From Squalus acanthias (taxonomy: Eukaryota): a stretch of 64,000 nucleotides of DNA. How positions within the stretch are numbered: position 1 is the first letter of the stretch; the number at the start of each line of letters is the position of its first letter. A program made the translations under genes and the position numbers. Where the stretch lies: assembly GCA_030390025.1 (NCBI GenBank), contig CM059431.1, forward strand, positions 150,166,001 through 150,230,000, read 5' to 3'. The notes under the pieces are model-generated. The model was not told the origin of the DNA, did no database searches, and was given only the letters and a program-made list of their open reading frames with translations. Positions 60,017-64,000 of the stretch are shown piece after piece.

Positions 60017-63000
60017 TGCAAGGTTCAAGGATGTCTCAGAGTGGCTACAGAGAATTTTGGAAGGGGAGGGTGAACATCCAGTTGTCGTGGTGCATATAGG
60101 TACCAACGATATAGGTAAAAAACAGGATTAGGTCCTAAAAGCAGAATATAGGGAGTTAGGAGGTAAATTAAAAAATAGGTCCTCAAAGGTAGTAATCTCA
60201 GGATTGCTACCAGTGCCACGTGCTAGTCAGAGTAGAAATAGAAGGATATTTCAAATGAATACGTGGCTAGAGGAATGGTACAAGTGGGAGGGATTCAAAT
60301 TCCTGGGGCATTGGAAACGGTTCTGGGGAAGGTGGGACCAGTACAAACCGGACGGTCTACATCTGGGTAGGGCCGGGACCGATGTCCTCGGGGGAGTATT
60401 TTCTAGTGCTCTGGGGAGGGTTTAAACTAAAATAGCAGGGGGTTGGGAACCTGAGCAGGGAGACAGAGGGAAGGGAATCAAGGATAATAGCAAAACATAG
60501 GAAGGTGAAAAACAAAAGTGGCAGTCAGAGAAAACAACGGTTTAAATCAAACATGGCCACAGTAAATACTAATTCTAATAGGTCTAAGAGCCTAAAAAAG
60601 AACAAGCCTGTAGGCTTTGTGTCTTAATGCAAGGAGCATTCGGAACAAGGTGGATGAATTAGCTGCGCAAATAGAGGTAAACTAATATGATTTGATTGGG
60701 ATTACCGAAACATGGCTCCAGGGTGGCCAAGGCTGGGAACTGAACATCCATGGGTACTCAATATTCAGGAAAGATAGGCAAAAACGAAAGGGAGGTGGGG
60801 TAGCATTGCTGGTTAAAGAGGGGATTAACACAATTGAATGAAAGGATATTAGCTCTGATGATTTGGAATATGTATGAGTTGAACTGATAAATAACAAGGG
60901 GCAGAAAACGTTAGTGGGCGTGATATATAGACCTCAAAACAGTAATGCGGAGGTTGGGGATGGCATTAAAAGGGAAATAAGAGAAGCGTGCAATAAGGGC
61001 ACAGCAGTCATCATGGGTGAATTTAATATACATATAGAGTGGGCTAACCAAATTAGTAAGAATACTATGGAGGAGGAATTCCTGGAGTGTTTACGGGATG
61101 GTTTCCTGGATCAATATGTAGAGGAACCAACCAGAGAACAGGCTATCTTACACTGGCTAATATGCAATGAGAAAGGATTACTTAGCAATGTTGTTCTGCG
61201 AGGCCCATTGGGTCGGACCGATCATAATATGATAGAATTCTTCATTAAGATGGAGAGTGAAGTAGTTGCCTCAGAGACTAGGCTCCTAAAATTAACTAAA
61301 GGAAACTACGATGGGATGAGGAGCGAGTTGGGTAGGATTGATTGGGTAAATTCACTCAAAGGGTTGACCGTGGATAGGCAATGGCAAACATTGAAAGATC
61401 GCATGGACGAACTACAGAATGTTTTCATCCCAGTTTGGCATATGAATAATACAAAAAGGGTGACTCAACGGTCGCTAACAAGGGAAATTAGGGATAGCAT
61501 AAGATCCAAGGAGAGGGCATATAAAATGGCCAGAAAAAGCAGTAACCCTGAGGATTGGGAGCAGTTTAAGACTCAACAAAGGAGGACAAAGGGATTAATT
61601 AAGAAGGGGAAAATAGATTATGAGAGTAAGCTTGAAGGGAACATAAAAACTGACATTAAAAGCTTTTATTCATATGTGAAGAGAAAAACATTAGTGAAAT
61701 CAAGCATAGGTCCCTTGCAGTCAGAATCAGGGGAAATTATAATGGGGAACAAAGAAATATCAGCCTAATTAAATACATATTTTGGTTCTGTCTTCACAAA
61801 GGAGGACACAAATAACCTCCCAGAAATGTTGGGGAACATAGGGTCTGATGAAAGGGAAGGACTGAAAGAAATCAGTATTTGTAGGGAAATTATGCAAGGG
61901 AAATTGAAGGGATTGAAGGCCGATAAATCCCCAGGGCCTGATAATCTAGATCCTAGGGTATATAAGGAAGTGGCCCTCGAAATAGTAGATGCATTGCTGA
62001 TCATTATCCAACATTCGATGGAATCGGGAACAGTTCCCTTGGATTGGAGGGTAGCTAATGTTACCCCACTATACAAAAAGGGTGGTAGAGAGAAAACGGG
62101 GAATTACAGACCGGTAAGCCTGACATCGGTAGTGGGGAAAATTCTAGTGTTCATTCTAAAAGATGTAATAGCTGAGCACTTGGAAAAGAATGACAGGAAC
62201 GGACAACGTCAACTTGGATTTACGAAAGGTAAATAATGCTTGACAAATCAACTGGAATTTTTTGAGGATGTAACTGGTAAAATAGATAAGGGAAAACCAG
62301 TGGATCTGGTGTATTTGGACTTCCAAAAGGCATTTGATAAGGTCCCGCATAAGAGATTAGCGTGTAAAGTTAAGGCACATGGGATTGGGGGCAAGGTATT
62401 GACTTGGATAGAGAACTGGTTGTCAGACAGAAAGCAAAGAGTTGGAATAAAAGGGTATTTTTACGAGAAGCAGGCAGTGACTAGTGGGGTACAGTAGGGA
62501 TCGGTCCTTTGACCACAGCTATTCACAATATATATTAATGATCTAGACAAGGGAACTAGATGCAATATCTCCAAGTTTGCAGACGACACAAAACTGGGTG
62601 GGCATGGGTGCTGCGAGGAGGATGCCGATAAACTACAGGATGATTTGGACAGGTTGGGTGATTGGGCAGAAGCGTGGCAGATGCAATGTAACGTGGATAA
62701 ATGCGAGGTTATCCACTTTGGTGTCAAAAACAGAAAGGCAGATTATTATCTGAATGGCAATAGATTTGGAGAAGGGAAAGTGCAACGAGACCTGGGTGTC
62801 CTTCTGCACCAGTCGCTGAAGGTAAGCATGCAGGTGCAGCAGGCGGTTAGGAAGGCAAATGGTAGGTTGGCCTTCATAGCGAGAGGGTTTGAGTACAGGA
62901 ACAAGGATGTCTTGCTGCATTTGTACAGGGCCTTGGTGAGACCACACCTTGAGTAGTGTGCGCAGTTTTGGTCGCCTTATCTGAGGAAGGATGTTCTTGC

Positions 63001-63448
63001 CATGGAAGGAATTCAGCGAAGATTCACAAGGCTGATACCTGGGATGGCAGGAATGACGTATGAAGAGAGATTGGGTGGATTGGCCTTATACTCGCTGGAG
63101 TTTAGAAGATGAGAGGGGATCTCCTTGAAACTTATAAAATTCTGACAGGACAGGACAAAGTAGATGCAGGAAGGATGTTCCCGATGGTCGAGGAGTCCAG
63201 AATCAGGGGTCACAGCCAAAGGATAAGGGTTAAGCCATTTAGGACAGAAATGAGGAGGAATTTCTTCACCCAGAGAGTGGTGAAACTGTTATTCATTAAA
63301 TAGATTCAAGAAGGAGTTGGATATATTTTTAAGGCTAAAGGGATCAAGGGATATGGGGAGAAAGCAGGGACAGGGCACTGAATTTGGATGATCAGCCATG
63401 ATCGCATTGAATGGCGGAGCAGGCTTGAAGGGGCCGAATGGCCTACCC
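60017..63448 (+). mobile_element. 5'-truncated CR1 LINE (esterase, APE, RT; defective) in the putative GPCR intron, antisense to the gene
   Basis: starts in a GARVKD-like esterase segment; LCLNARSIRNK; YLDFQKAFDKVPHK; 3' tail to ~63448. Confidence 0.95.
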
Positions 63449-64000
63449 CTGGTGTATTTGGACTTCCAAAAGGCATTTGATAAGGTCCCGCATAAGAGAT
63501 TAGCGTGTAAAGTTAAGGCACATGGGATTGGGGGCAAGGTATTGACTTGGATAGAGAACTGGTTGTCAGACAGAAAGCAAAGAGTTGGAATAAAAGGGTA
63601 TTTTTACGAGAAGCAGGCAGTGACTAGTGGGGTACAGTAGGGATCGGTCCTTTGACCACAGCTATTCACAATATATATTAATGATCTAGACAAGGGAACT
63701 AGATGCAATATCTCCAAGTTTGCAGACGACACAAAACTGGGTGGGCATGGGTGCTGCGAGGAGGATGCCGAAAAACTACAGGATGATTTGGACAGGTTGG
63801 TTGATTGGGCAGAAGCGTGGCAGATGCAATGTAACGTGCATAAATGCGAGGTTATCCACTTTGGTGTCAAAAACAGAAAGGCAGATTATTATCTGAATGG
63901 CAATAGATTTGGAGAAGGGAAAGTGCAACGAGACCTGGGTGTCCTTCTGCACCAGTCGCTGAAGGTAAGCATGCAGGTGCAGCAGGCGGTTAGGAAGGCA
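63449..64000 (+). repeat. near-identical tandem duplication of the CR1 segment starting at 62306 (period 1143 bp)
   Basis: CTGGTGTATTTGGACTTCCAAAAGG at 62306 and 63449; shared stop codons; about 3 substitutions seen in ~550 bp. Confidence 0.92.

Overview
Repeat-dominated vertebrate genomic DNA. The TE families and the GPR139-like receptors point to a cartilaginous fish (shark); this is an inference. Host genes: two convergently oriented GPR139-like rhodopsin-family GPCR copies, a disrupted one at ~3.1-4.0 kb (+) and an open large exon at 58.9-59.8 kb (-). They lie in an old inverted duplication that also carries a CpG-rich YY1-motif array and a 32-bp satellite. Between them are nested CR1 LINEs, an RTE LINE, Penelope-like elements bearing minimal hammerhead-ribozyme motifs, Harbinger-like MITEs, SINEs and an ~11.7-kb region of 33-bp satellite. 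The most notable object is a complete LTR-bounded provirus at 44090-53029, with ~1.2-kb LTRs, a GAAC TSD, a tRNA-Arg-type PBS and a PPT. It has a coiled-coil gag, a protease, a pol lacking RT and integrase, and a nearly full-length env. The env is not of the gammaretroviral type: it reads as signal peptide + Ig-like domain + F-type (paramyxo/baculovirus-F-like) fusion protein, i.e. lokiretrovirus-like. All family assignments are from motif recognition only; no database searches were run.
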